From Octopus bimaculoides (lineage: Eukaryota): 64,000 bases of DNA. Within the stretch, counting starts at the first letter, position 1; each line of letters starts with the position of its first letter. Where the stretch lies: NCBI RefSeq assembly GCF_001194135.2, contig NC_068993.1:16737891-16801890 (forward strand), written 5' to 3'. Of this stretch, positions 12,742-23,218 are shown one piece after another. The translations under genes were made by a program, and so were the position numbers. The notes under the pieces were generated by a model, which saw only the letters and a program-made list of their open reading frames with translations, made no database searches and was not told the DNA's origin.

Positions 12742-13625
12742 CAAGGTGCATTCCAGAAGTTTTGCGACTTTTTTTAAGAGAGGCAGTTATCCTAGATTAC
12801 TGTAATTTTAGTATATCATTGCTATACATTAAATAAGCCGACCTGCCAACTTTTTATTCTAGCTTGAAGGAGACGGCTGTAACAGCACTTTGAACACACT
12901 CTACTAGACACTGCTTGTCACAGCTGACTAGTTTGCAGAATGCAATCGAAACATGGAGACAATTTGGAAGCTTGCTATGTAATAAAGTTTTGTGTTAAAC
13001 TGGGCAAAAATGCTACAGAAAGTTATGGAATGCTTTAGACTACTTTTGGATTAACTTGTGTGAGCTGAACATCTATTTTTTGATAACATAAAAAGCCAAG
13101 CAAAGCAAGTCCACTGGGAAATTTATGATAATCCCCCCCGCCACTTTTGGTTGTTTTTTTTTTTTTTAAAGCAAGGGCAGCACCTACATCCACTAGGTTC
13201 TCAGACAGTCAACAAAGAGAACTTTGTGAAGGCTTTGAGGGAGTTCAGGAAGAGATTTCATCACAAAAGGCCAGAACACCTGCCCCAGGACAATGCACCA
13301 GTTCACAATTCCATCTTGGTAACTGATTATTTAACAGAAATGGACATCAAAACTGTCCCTCACCCTTTCTACAGTCCAGACCTTGCTCCCTGTGACTTTT
13401 GGTTGTTCCCCATGTTGGAGAAGATAAAGGCAGCTGTGACAAAGGTCCTGAATATCTTCACTTTGGAGAGATTCCATGGAACCTTCTCAAAGTGGCCGGA
13501 GCACTACAACAAGTGCATTGAAGTCAAAGGATCTTACTTTGAAGGAATTTGGAGTTTTGTACTGCTTTGAAATAAATAAATGTCTCTCCTAAAAGAAAGT
13601 TTCAGAACTGCTGGAATGCACCTTA
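12742..13625 (+). mobile_element. Internally deleted mariner (DD34D-type) transposon
   Basis: TIRs ta|caaggtgcattccagaagtt and aactgctggaatgcacctta|ta. C-terminal ORF 13151-13570 contains QDNAPVH and HPFYSPDLAPCDFWLF; N-terminal remnant IKFCVKLGKNATESYGM at ~12985. Confidence 0.9.
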
Positions 13626-14579
13626 TACGTCTGTTTATTCAACTATCATAGAAATCTAAGACCCTGGAACTAATGAATTTTATAAAGGTGTTTTGAGCTG
13701 CTGTTTGGTTGTTGAAAACCTTTTACTTATCAAAATTCTTGGATACATGATGATTGATCAAATAGAAGTTTGGGGACTTAGCTGGGTGAGGTAAAATTTT
13801 GTAGCCTAGTTCATTCAATTTCTGCAGTCATTTACCAAGCATCAATTGGTATATTTTTGTCAACTTCCTGATACAAATCTCCCTCTCCCTTCATATTTTG
13901 CCTTCTCTTATTAACTTACCTAAAATCATTATTCCCCCCCTCACATTTTTCTTAAGTTATTCAGGGCCCCTTAAGACCCTATTGTCATGTAAAAGCACCT
14001 AGTAAACTTTATAAAGTAGTTGACATTAAGAAAAGCACCCGGCTGTAGAAACTGTGCCAAATAGACATTGGGGCAGAAACTGTTCTCTGACTCTCCAGAT
14101 CCTGTCAAACTGTCCATGCGAGCATGGATAGTGGACATTAAATGATAAAGACTTATCTTGTGATAGTTTTACCAGAGTTCAGGAAATAGTGGTGGATGAT
14201 TTCACATACCAATCACTAAATGGTAACTATAACCTTCTTTTGATACAGATTCATTTCAGGAAAGTGTTTCAATATGTTACTTTTGATTTGCTATTGTGTG
14301 AAACACCATTAATTGTTTTATAGAATCCATTTTTTATCATGTCACAATGTGATAAAGAGATGGATAATCGTTGTTGCACAAAAGAAGTAGTTTTTTCTTT
14401 TTTAATCATATGAACACAGATGTGGTTGTGTGGTTCAGAAGCTCACTTCCCAAACATGAATCTTTGGTTCAGTCCCACTTTGGGAAAGTGTCTTCTACTT
14501 TAGCCCCGGACTGACCAAAGCTTTTTGACTGGAAACTGAAACAAGCCCATCATATATATATATATATATATATATTTAT

Positions 14580-14830
14580 TATCATCATCCTCATCGTTTA
14601 ACAACCACTCTCCATGGTGGCATGGGTTAGACAGTTTGACATGGAGCTGGTTAGCAGGGAGTTGTTCGGACCCCAGCTGTCTGTTGTGGCATGGTTTCTA
14701 TGGCTGGATGCCCTTTTTAACACCAACCACTTAACAGAGTGTGCTGGGTGTTTTTTACATGTCACTGTCATGAGTGTGTTTATGCAGCACCAACACTGGT
14801 GCTTTTTAGGTTGAACCAGCACCTGAAAGG
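14580..14830 (-). mobile_element. RTE LINE 3' end/UTR fragment ('family B') with (ATG)n tail
   Basis: Reverse complement of ...gggcatccagc..tagaaac...aacccatgcca.catgga...ttaaacgatgatg. Confidence 0.7.
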
Positions 14831-15174
14831 ACAAGCCTCTGTGTGTGTGTATGTGTGTATTTATATATATATATATATACACACACGTGTGTGTTTGGGT
14901 ATCTTCTTGGACATCATAAGCTGGTTGTTTATGAGCATCATCATCATACAAGTGAAGTTATTCATTTTCAGTCTTCTGTGAAAAAGCATGTCTAACTTTG
15001 GGAAAATTTTGGAAACAGGGAAGTGTTGGTGACAGAAAGAGCATCTGGTCACAGAAAATCTGCTTCAATAAATTCCATCTCTCCCATGAAAACCTGGAAG
15101 AGTGAATGTTAAAAAATGGTGATGATTGTCATCATCATACAGCATTTATTTGTCCAGCTTTTCTGACTTCCCAA

Positions 15175-15400
15175 TACCTGGTGAATGGTTTATGCTAAGT
15201 TCTTCTGCAATCTCTAAAGTTGTTTTTAGGGTTCACAATGATAATAGTCCACAACTAATTGTTGCTGATCACAGGAGGTCGTCTGCAACATTTGTCTAAA
15301 TGTTGAGATCTACTTTCATTGTCTGTTGTCTGTCCTTCAGTTTGAACTGCATGCAGTTTCTGCTGCTTTCTCTTCCATTATGAACCTACACAATAAAATC
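15175..15400 (-). mobile_element. Degenerate mariner transposase N-terminal (HTH) fragment
   Basis: Frameshifted minus-strand translation gives FHNGR/KAAETA...RRPPVI..NPKTTLEIAEELSINHS, matching the mariner N-terminus pattern GRKAAETARNI...GRP...NP..T.REIAEEL.V.HS. Confidence 0.6.
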
Positions 15401-16039
15401 ACTTGAATTTGCTTTTATTCCTATCTTTAATTTGACAGTAGAAAATAAACAATAATAAACAGTGAAGGCAAAACTATTAGCATAAATCAATAGACAGAAA
15501 TCTATGCTTCAAAATGGTAATTTACATGAACATAGATAAATATAAGTTTATTCCAAAGAAAGCATTTAAGTTGAAAATTACAAGAATTGTAATTATTTAT
15601 CCACCAACCTAATATTAACAGAAAGAAAGAGTTTGTCAAAAAAAATCTGAGATTATAAAGAGTTAAAGTCAAAGTATGAAATAATTGTGAAGAGATGGGA
15701 TGTGGAGTGAGTGAATGAAAGCCTGATTTTAGCTGGGAGGAAGAGTTTGGTGAAATAAAACATGAGATTAGCCTGGTGGGAAGAAATTGTTGAGTGGAAA
15801 GTATAAGGGGTTGTGTGTAAACATCAGCTGGAATAAAAGACAGAGAAAACAAAATAAAAACAACAAGAAAGAGTTGAATAGGAATGAAGAGGAAACAGTT
15901 TTCTCTTTTGAGTAGAAATGGATAGAAGGGAATTTTTGAGAAAGATTTCTTGGCAACACATGAAGAAACAATGTCTTGGAGGAAATTTATGGGTTTGGTA
16001 AAAGGAAGAACATTAGAAAATTGATTTCTCTCTGCTGCA

Positions 16040-16200
16040 GTACCCAATCATTCTTGCAATTCTGCTGAATCCTGATTGGCTGGCTAGTTATTCAAGTACT
16101 TATAGGCCACCCACACCACATACCTAACATCCCCACCCATCTTCAGGCTACTTATGTCTGGACCTACTACATAGTTCTCCATCACACCCAGCCCAAGCTA
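16040..16200. promoter_or_regulatory. Candidate regulatory element: two CCAAT boxes plus CACCC-type boxes
   Basis: CCAAT at 16044-16048; ctgattggct at 16072-16081 (agccaatcag on minus, NF-Y-like); several ccaccc/cacaccc motifs. Not part of a recognised repeat. Confidence 0.25.
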
Positions 16201-16818
16201 CCTCAATTGTTAATTAATTTGTACATAAATTTGTTTATTCATTTGTTTATTTAAATAGCTAATGTTACTTGCAGAAACTGCCAAAAAAAAAAAAGATAAA
16301 TAAATATATATATATATAAATAAATAAATTAACCTTGCAGAAATCATAATGAAAAACCCAACCAAAAACATAGTAATATCAATAAATATTTTAAAAATTA
16401 CCAAACAAAAGAAACATAAACATTCTCTCTCTCCTTCCCTTTCTCCCTTTCACTAGCCATTGTTTTTAATGGCTCTTGAAGTGTTTGAATTAATGGGTCT
16501 GTGTTCACCTTGCTCTAAAGGTCAACCAAAAGAGAAGACCTAAATGTGAGCAGTTTTGAGTTGTTAACTTCTAGCAATGGTGGTGATGATTGTACATATA
16601 GCTGTGTGGAAAGGAGGAGGAGCACAGAGATATGGAACAGGCAACATTCACACACACACACACACACACATCTATATATATATATGTGTGTGTATCTGTT
16701 TGGTGGTAGAGGATAGGGCAAAATGGAGAGGATTGACAAAACCTTCTCCTTGCAAGGCTAACCTCTTCTTTTAGGAGAGAAAGTGGTTTTAAAATGCTTG
16801 CACACTTGGATGTACATG

Positions 16819-16856
<38 letters not shown>

Positions 16857-17097
16857 ATATCTGTGTGTATGTCAATTTTCACATGTAAAAGTACAACTGA
16901 GTTACCCCAATAAATATAGATCAAGGATCAGTAACTGCTCTATTGCCCACTAAGTATATTTAGTGCATTTAGCTCCTTCTTTCCTATTTTTTCTATTTTT
17001 TATACCAAAAAAAAATCAATTATCATTTTTTTTTTTTGTTCCATTTGCACACTTTTGAAGCAATAATACAAAAAAATTATACTAATATTTGTTACTG

Positions 17098-17320
17098 CAA
17101 CTAGTAGTAGTAGTGGTAGTAGTATTAGTAGTAATAGTGGTAGTAGTGGTAGTAGTAGTGGTTGTTGTTGTCATAGTAGTAGTAGCAGCAGCAGCAGTGG
17201 TGGTGGTGGCAGCAGCAGTGGTAGTGGTGGCAGCAGCAGTGGTAGTGGTGGCAGCAGTAATGGTAGTTGTGGTAACAGCAGTGGTAGTGGTGGTGTTAGT
17301 AGCATTAGTAGTAGCAACAT
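17098..17320. repeat. Compound trinucleotide repeat (GTA/GTG/GCA)n
   Basis: Direct reading; source of the spurious poly-Val/Ala and poly-Leu/Pro ORFs. Confidence 0.9.
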
Positions 17321-17639
17321 GTTGGTATTGGCACTAATGCAATATTGGTATGTTACTTTTAATTTGCTGCAGGTCAACCTTTGATCATGCAAACTTACAT
17401 TATCAAAGGCCTTCCATTCATAAACATCCGGCCTGGTTTTTTTTTTCTTTCTCAAACATGGTGTATCCAGAGCCACATTATCCTGCTTGTTTTAACATGG
17501 TAAGACTTGATATAAGAGACATAAGAGGCTGACTACTATTTCTTGCAGGTCAAGTGATCACTTAGAACCCTACCCCTAGTATTATTAGTAAAAATACCAT
17601 TATTATATTGGTTTTGGTCTTCGTAACAGAACTGTCACC

Positions 17640-18035
17640 AGAAGCTGATCTTTTAAAATCAATATCTTTGGTGCACTTGTTGAGCCAGTTCTTATGTATG
17701 GTTCAAAGACGTGGAAACTTTCTGTAAAGTTCCAAAACTGATTAAATAGTTGTTATACTCGACTACTTCATAGGGTACAAACCTTTTGTGAAAAAAAAAC
17801 AAAACAACTAAGTACTCTAACAAATTTATGTTAAGTACTATAAAAAACAGTGAAGTAGTACTGAGTGCAATTTGCTAGATACTGTTTTAGTACAAAAGAT
17901 GAGTAAGCATCATTCATCCCCTGCAGATCTCAACCAGGTGGTGGGAAAAGTCACAGGCTCTCCTTTCAAAATATCATTGCCAGAGATGTGGAGTGCAAGA
18001 CTTTGCAATGCAAGATTGTGAGGTCTGCCCTAACT
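17640..18035 (+). mobile_element. Degenerate RTE-clade LINE fragment
   Basis: Translation KINIFGALVEPVLMYGSKTWKLSVKFQN*LNSCYTRLLHRVQ matches the RTE post-RT motif VLLYGSETW...CYTRLLR. Confidence 0.75.
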
Positions 18036-18715
18036 GGCTTTCCAAATTATGATAATATTGCTGTAGAGTTATTGCCACTAGTTATTATTGTTTTAGAATG
18101 TCTGGCCAGCCCTAACTGAGCATTCTGATGCTTATAGACATTACAGTTGTGACTATTTGGTGAAACATAGACGGAGAAATCAGACATATGTGTAAGCGTA
18201 AATTATAGACATAGACATGTCAAATTTACCTCTTTTTCTAAAGAACTGGAAAATGACAAACAGCCTTCATTGATTTTCCACCCTTATTGGGGGGGTTTTA
18301 GAGGTGTCTACATCACTTGACCTGTAACCAATTTGTTTATATACACATCAAATCTAGTAACTTCAAAAAGTTGGAGCTACTAATTTGCATACCATAAGTG
18401 TTTTAATTTAGGACAACATTTTCTAATGCTTTCATTTAAAAAAAAAATGGTAAAATGTGGTTTGAGAAAGATCTGACAGCAGTTTCAAGTAGATTATTTA
18501 TCCATAGATCAGTTCTAAGTGAACAAACAAATTATCAAAACCCTTCTGGCAGTAACCACCTAAATTTTATTTTCTAAACTCCATTAATAATACAGTGCAT
18601 CAATCCATTTTAAAGAAAGTTGGATGTGATTTAATGGAAATTTTGCTGCTGTCCCTAGGAAATTAAACAACAATCAAGAAACTCTCTTGTTGGCATGAAA
18701 AACTCTCTTGTTTAC

Positions 18716-18916
18716 TGTTGTAGGGAATTAGTAATAACAGTACACTGCTCCCATGTGACAAATGGAATAACCTAGTCACTGTAAGTAAAGAGAAGTATGT
18801 GAAGTACCAAAGTACATAGTAGGCGGTCAGAGATAGTTGTGTCTTTACTGGTGTTACTAAGTATACTGTATACTGAAGTGGGTGTTATAGCAATCCCACT
18901 AAATATGGATAGAACA
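18716..18916 (+). repeat. 5' LTR
   Basis: tgttgtagggaattagtaataa...gatagaaca; ~87% identical to the 3' LTR (27/201 mismatches by manual count). Confidence 0.95.
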
Positions 18917-18917
18917 G

Positions 18918-18930
18918 TGGCAATGAGGAT
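18918..18930 (+). promoter_or_regulatory. Primer-binding site, tRNA-Ser(GCU)-type
   Basis: tggcaatgaggat lies 1 nt after the LTR and equals TGGCGACGAGGAT (complement of the tRNA-Ser(GCU) 3' end) with two CpG transitions. Confidence 0.7.
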
Positions 18931-19025
18931 TTAAATAACTTACAAGGAATTAACAAGTCATGAGGAGTTAACAAACTCACAAATGGTTTTGTTGTACAAA
19001 TTTTATGAAAAGAAACCGTAAAATT

Positions 19026-19930
19026 ATGGAAAATTTGTTGGCCAGTTTCCTTGAGTTGCAAAAACAGCAACAACAACAGCAGCTGCAACTGCAAGAACAA
19101 CAGCTGAAGCAACATCACCACCACCACCAACAACAACAACAACTGATATTACAGCAACAAATGCTGCAATTACTGAAGTCATCAGAAATGTCAGAAAAAG
19201 TGTTCTTGGCAGACTGTCATGAACTCCATAAGAGAATTCAAATATGAACCTGATGAAGGAGTTACTTTCAAAGTATACTACAGAAGATATGAGCAAATGT
19301 TCGAGAAAGATTGTAAAGATTGGGATAACGAGATGAAAATGTGCCTAATCTTGAGAAAACTGGTGGCAACAGAACATGGATGATACAGTAATTATGTACT
19401 CCTAAGAAAACCGCCAGACATAAACTTTAATGACACAATAGATATATTGAGTAAAATTTGCAGTGAAAAAAGCTCATTGTTCAACACATGTTGGAAGTTT
19501 CTGAACATAGAGCAAAACAACGACGAGGACTACATCACATATGCTGGTAGAGTTAACAGGGAATTTGAGAAGTTTAAGCTGGATGAATTAATGCCAGGTA
19601 TGTTCCAATGCCTGATTTTTACACAGGGACTAACTGCAGAAAAAGATACAGAAGTTAGAACTAGAATTCTCGCTAAGCTGGAACAAAACCTGGATGTAAC
19701 CCTACAAGTGTCAAAAGAATGTGAAAGGATAATTAAATTAAGACACAACACAGGAAACCGAACATAAAGATCGTTTCCAAGTAAAGCAGGTGTGAAATAG
19801 AATAGAGAGGAAATAAACCCATGTTTTGCATGTGGAGGTATACACCTGAGGAAAAATTGTTCATTTAAAAAATCAGTGCTTCCATTGTGGAAATATATGA
19901 CATATAAAGATACACTGTAGAACAAAGAAA
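19026..19930 (+). pseudogene. gag: gag-like ORF with poly-Q/H tract and two CCHC zinc knuckles (disrupted)
   Basis: MENLL...FKYEPDEGVTFKVYYRRYEQMFEKDCKDW...YAGRVNREFEKFKL...LIFTQGL...EVRTRILAKLEQ; CFACGGIHLRKNC and CFHCG..HKDTHC; frameshifts and stops. Confidence 0.85.
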
Positions 19931-19999
19931 ACAAAACGTCAGAACAAAGGAAAAAGAATAAACAGTATGTCATTGGAAGAAATTGGTAATATAATGATA

Positions 20000-21300
20000 A
20001 GGAAATTCGTGAAGGTGAAAATCAGAAAAACAGGTGTTAGAATGTAATTAGACACTGGTAGTAATATCACTATTACAAACGGAAATACTTGGAAATATGT
20101 CGGTAAACCGAAATTAATTAAATCAAAAAAGGTAGCACATGGTGTTACACGAAAAAGATTATATTTTTTCAGTGAAATCATATGCAATGTAACATTTTGA
20201 GGTCAAACAAAAGAGGTAAAGATATATGTGTTAAAGAGTTCACTTAATTTATTTGGCACAGAGTGGATAGAAACAATTCAAAGTATGGAATATGCCCATA
20301 AGTGTTTTGTGTGGAAATATAGTCAGTTCAGTCAAAGGTTCGAAAGTGGCTGAGGGACTGAGACAAAAAATTGCAGTGAAACAGAGTGGAATACTGGTAT
20401 GTAAGCCAAGACAAAATGAAAAATTGCCCATGATAAAAAGTAAACATTGTTCAAAAGTAGATGTTCCATGGTCGAAACTACACATCGATTTTGCTGCTCC
20501 TTTAAATGGTTCTTACTACTTAATGGTAGTTGATAGTTTCTCGAAATGGCCTGAAATTTTTAAGTGTAAAAAACCCAATCTCCTCAACTGTGATAAATTT
20601 TTTACATGAATTGTTTGCGAGATTTGGCATCCCAGACAAGATAGTGTCTGACAATGGAATGCAATTTGTGTCTATTGAATTTTAAAAATTTTGTGAAGCA
20701 TTCAGGGTAGAACTACTGCACCATACCATCCCATCCCAGATTTAATGGAGAGGCAGAATGCTTTGTTGATACCTTCAAGAGGAAGTCACAGATGAGGTAG
20801 CTCTACAACAATTCTTAAGAATGTACCGTGTGACACCAAGTCTGAATACACTAGCAGGTAGATCACCTGTGGAGCTGATGCTTGCAAGGAAAGTAAAATC
20901 AGTCTTTGATAAATTGCTACCTAGCAAGGAAAGAAAAAGTGCCAGGGAAGACACAGCAAGATTCTTTAAAGTTGGTGAAAAAGTGTATATAAGGGCATAC
21001 AAGAATGGAAAGCAGAGTTGGAAAGATGATGTAAATTATCAAATGCAAAGATAAAATGATGTATTGGGTAAAAAGTAGAAAAGGCATACAAAAGAGATAC
21101 AGTGACCAAGTGAAAAAGAGATTCGTGGAAAGTGAACCAAAGAAGTTGGAAGAACCAATGGAATGGTTGTACAATGCATTCCAAGTATCAACACCACTGC
21201 AGATGATTGAACCTAGATGTACAAATAAGAGGTAAAGAAAACATATAGAGTTCCTGAAAATAGATGCCATGCACAAAAGTATTAAATTGTACAAAAAAAA
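20000..21300 (+). pseudogene. pol: pol remnant: aspartic protease joined to integrase core and C-terminal domain; RT/RNase H absent
   Basis: LDTGSNIT...LFGTEWIE (protease); PWSKLHIDFAAPLNGSYYLMVVDSFSKWPE, IVSDNGMQF, YRVTP and FKVGEKVYIR (integrase). No YXDD RT motif or RNase H between them. Confidence 0.85.
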
Positions 21301-21386
21301 AACAACTTAAAAAAGGGGAGGTGGGGTGAATAAAAAGCAATTATTGCTAAATAAAATGACACTTCCTAAGAAAAACTTGAAAGGAA

Positions 21387-21587
21387 TGTTGTAGGGAATT
21401 AGTAATAATGGTACACCCCTCCCATGTGATGAATGGAATAACCTAGTCACTATAAGAAAAGAGAAGTACATGAAGTATGGGAGTATGTTGTAGGTGGTCA
21501 GAGATAGTCATGTCTTTACTGGTTTTACTAAGTATACTGTATACTGAAGTGGGTGTTATAACAATCCAACAAAATAAGGATATATCA
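21387..21587 (+). repeat. 3' LTR
   Basis: tgttgtagggaattagtaataa...ggatatatca followed by TSD tttac. Confidence 0.95.
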
Positions 21588-22519
21588 TTTACTCACATGA
21601 CTGGTTCAGCAACCATTTGTAAAGCAGTGGTACCTAAATGCAAGTTGCAGCTACAATTCTGTATTTGTGAGATGAGGAATTTATATTATATATACTGTTT
21701 GATGATGATGATGATGTTTATATTAATTAGTTGAATTGGTGTCCTCAGCTTAATTGCTCATTTCACTGTTTTAGCTGTTGTATGCTCCAACCTTCTTCAG
21801 GTGTCTGGTGTTGAACTCGGTTGTTGTATTGGAATTTTGAGCCCAACCTTTTATTTGATCCACAGGAGTACACCGTTCTCATTCTGCCCTCTGCATTTCA
21901 TGACATTTTGTTTCAGTTGATTTTTTGTGAATTACCTTAGTGCTTTGTCTGGGATTGAATTCAGAACTGCTAAGCAACTGCACTGCATTAACCAACATTT
22001 TTATCTACTATGCTATGCCCATAGCTAGATGTGTTGCACAGATAATAAAATTATATTTAAAAATTCTGAAAAACACCAATTGAAATTCTAAATATAAAGT
22101 TTTGATAACCATGTTTCATTTACTGAATAAAGAATAAATATATACTTAGTTTTTTACAGTTTGAATTTTTTATATTTATTGATAAAAATCAATAAGGCAG
22201 TAAATTGACAGTTAGTAGAACATTAGATAAAATACCTTGTGGTAGTTGTTTCATCTCCCTCCTAAATTTATCTTTCATCCTTTTGAGGTTGATAAAAAAA
22301 AGTACCAATCCAGGGTCATGAGTCGGTAGAACTGTAAAGTTTGAACTCAGAATGCAAGGCACCTTGGGTGCTATAATGGATGAAGTTTGCTCTGTTGTAA
22401 TTATTCAGATCAGGCCTTCAGTTTGAGGCTACATTCCTCCCTTCCTCCTACCAGCCTGGGAACCCCTATAAAAGGTCATGGGCACTGCCTTATCTCTTAA
22501 CTAAAAGGCATATGTACCA

Positions 22520-22905
22520 GTGACAAACACAAGAGTGATTAGCATATTTGCATTAGAATCTACCAGAATGTATTAATAATTAATATTCCAGTCGCAATTC
22601 GAGATCTCACTATTCACCATGTATATAATGATTTATTATCAGTTGGCAGATATCAGCACTGATCTGTGGACAGTTTGTTCTCTGAATTATAAACAAGGCC
22701 ATTGGCTCTTGTAAGATTCATGTGTCTCAGTACTTCTGGCTGATGAGACACTATATGTCAAAACATTGGTGTCCCTGGATCACTTGTACGAATGAATCAA
22801 GTGTGTTATTAACACACAGTTGTCACAAAGAAAAAGCTGTTTTACTGTGACAAACACAATAGTGTTTAGCATATTTGAACCTGCTGGAATGTATTAAGAA
22901 TAAAC
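22520..22905 (+). mobile_element. Penelope-like/retrozyme-like unit: ~327-nt period bounded by ~60-nt direct repeats, containing the hammerhead
   Basis: gtgacaaacacaa.agtg.ttagcatatttg...gaatgtattaa at 22520 and 22847; additional hairpins at 22801-22817 and 22820-22853. Confidence 0.5.
22734..22779 (+). ncRNA. Type I minimal hammerhead ribozyme motif, probably inactivated (G12>A)
   Basis: Stem I ttctgg/cctgga (one U-U mismatch, one G-U); CUGAUGA 22740-22746; stem II gaca-ctata-tgtc; AAAAC in place of GAAAC; stem III aca-ttgg-tgt; GUC cleavage triplet ending at 22773. Confidence 0.7.
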
Positions 22906-22959
22906 ACGTAAGTCATTGTTATATACACATATGTATATATGTGCATATACATACATATA

Positions 22960-23173
22960 CAGGGAGTGATGAAAAGTTTCTGGTTTTGGGTAAATGAAAA
23001 TACAGGAGGATCATTTAATTATGATTTTATGCAACATATTTCCCTCTCAGGTTCATACACTTATTGCAGCAGTTCTTCAGTTTTTGTAAGCCCTGTTAAA
23101 AACCTTGGACGGTTGGGCCTCCAACCAGACATTTTGTGACACCCTTAAAGCTGAGAACTTTTCAGCAACCCCT

Positions 23174-23175
<2 letters not shown>
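22960..23175. mobile_element. Mariner-derived MITE (~216 bp)
   Basis: ta|cagggagtgatgaaaagtttctggttttggg versus cccttaaagctgagaacttttcagcaaccccttg|ta: imperfect TIRs with TA flanks. Confidence 0.7.

Positions 23176-23218
<43 letters not shown>

Larger units (their letters stand above)
18716..21587 (+). mobile_element. Ty3/Gypsy LTR retrotransposon (Mag/K02A2.6-like), 2872 bp, internally deleted and pseudogenised
   Basis: LTRs 18716-18916 and 21387-21587 (both 201 bp, TG...CA); 5-bp TSD TTTAC at 18711-18715 and 21588-21592; PBS; gag, protease and integrase remnants. Confidence 0.95.

Noticed and set aside
15502-16047. 181-aa hydrophobic minus-strand ORF
   Set aside because: A product of a T/C-rich strand-biased tract (Phe/Leu/Ser/Ile-rich) with no domain motif.
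17373-17499. Apparent exon (ctgcag|...atg|gtaaga) encoding STFDHANLHYQRP...
   Set aside because: The sequence resembles a reversed family E repeat segment and contains a T homopolymer; no evidence of coding.
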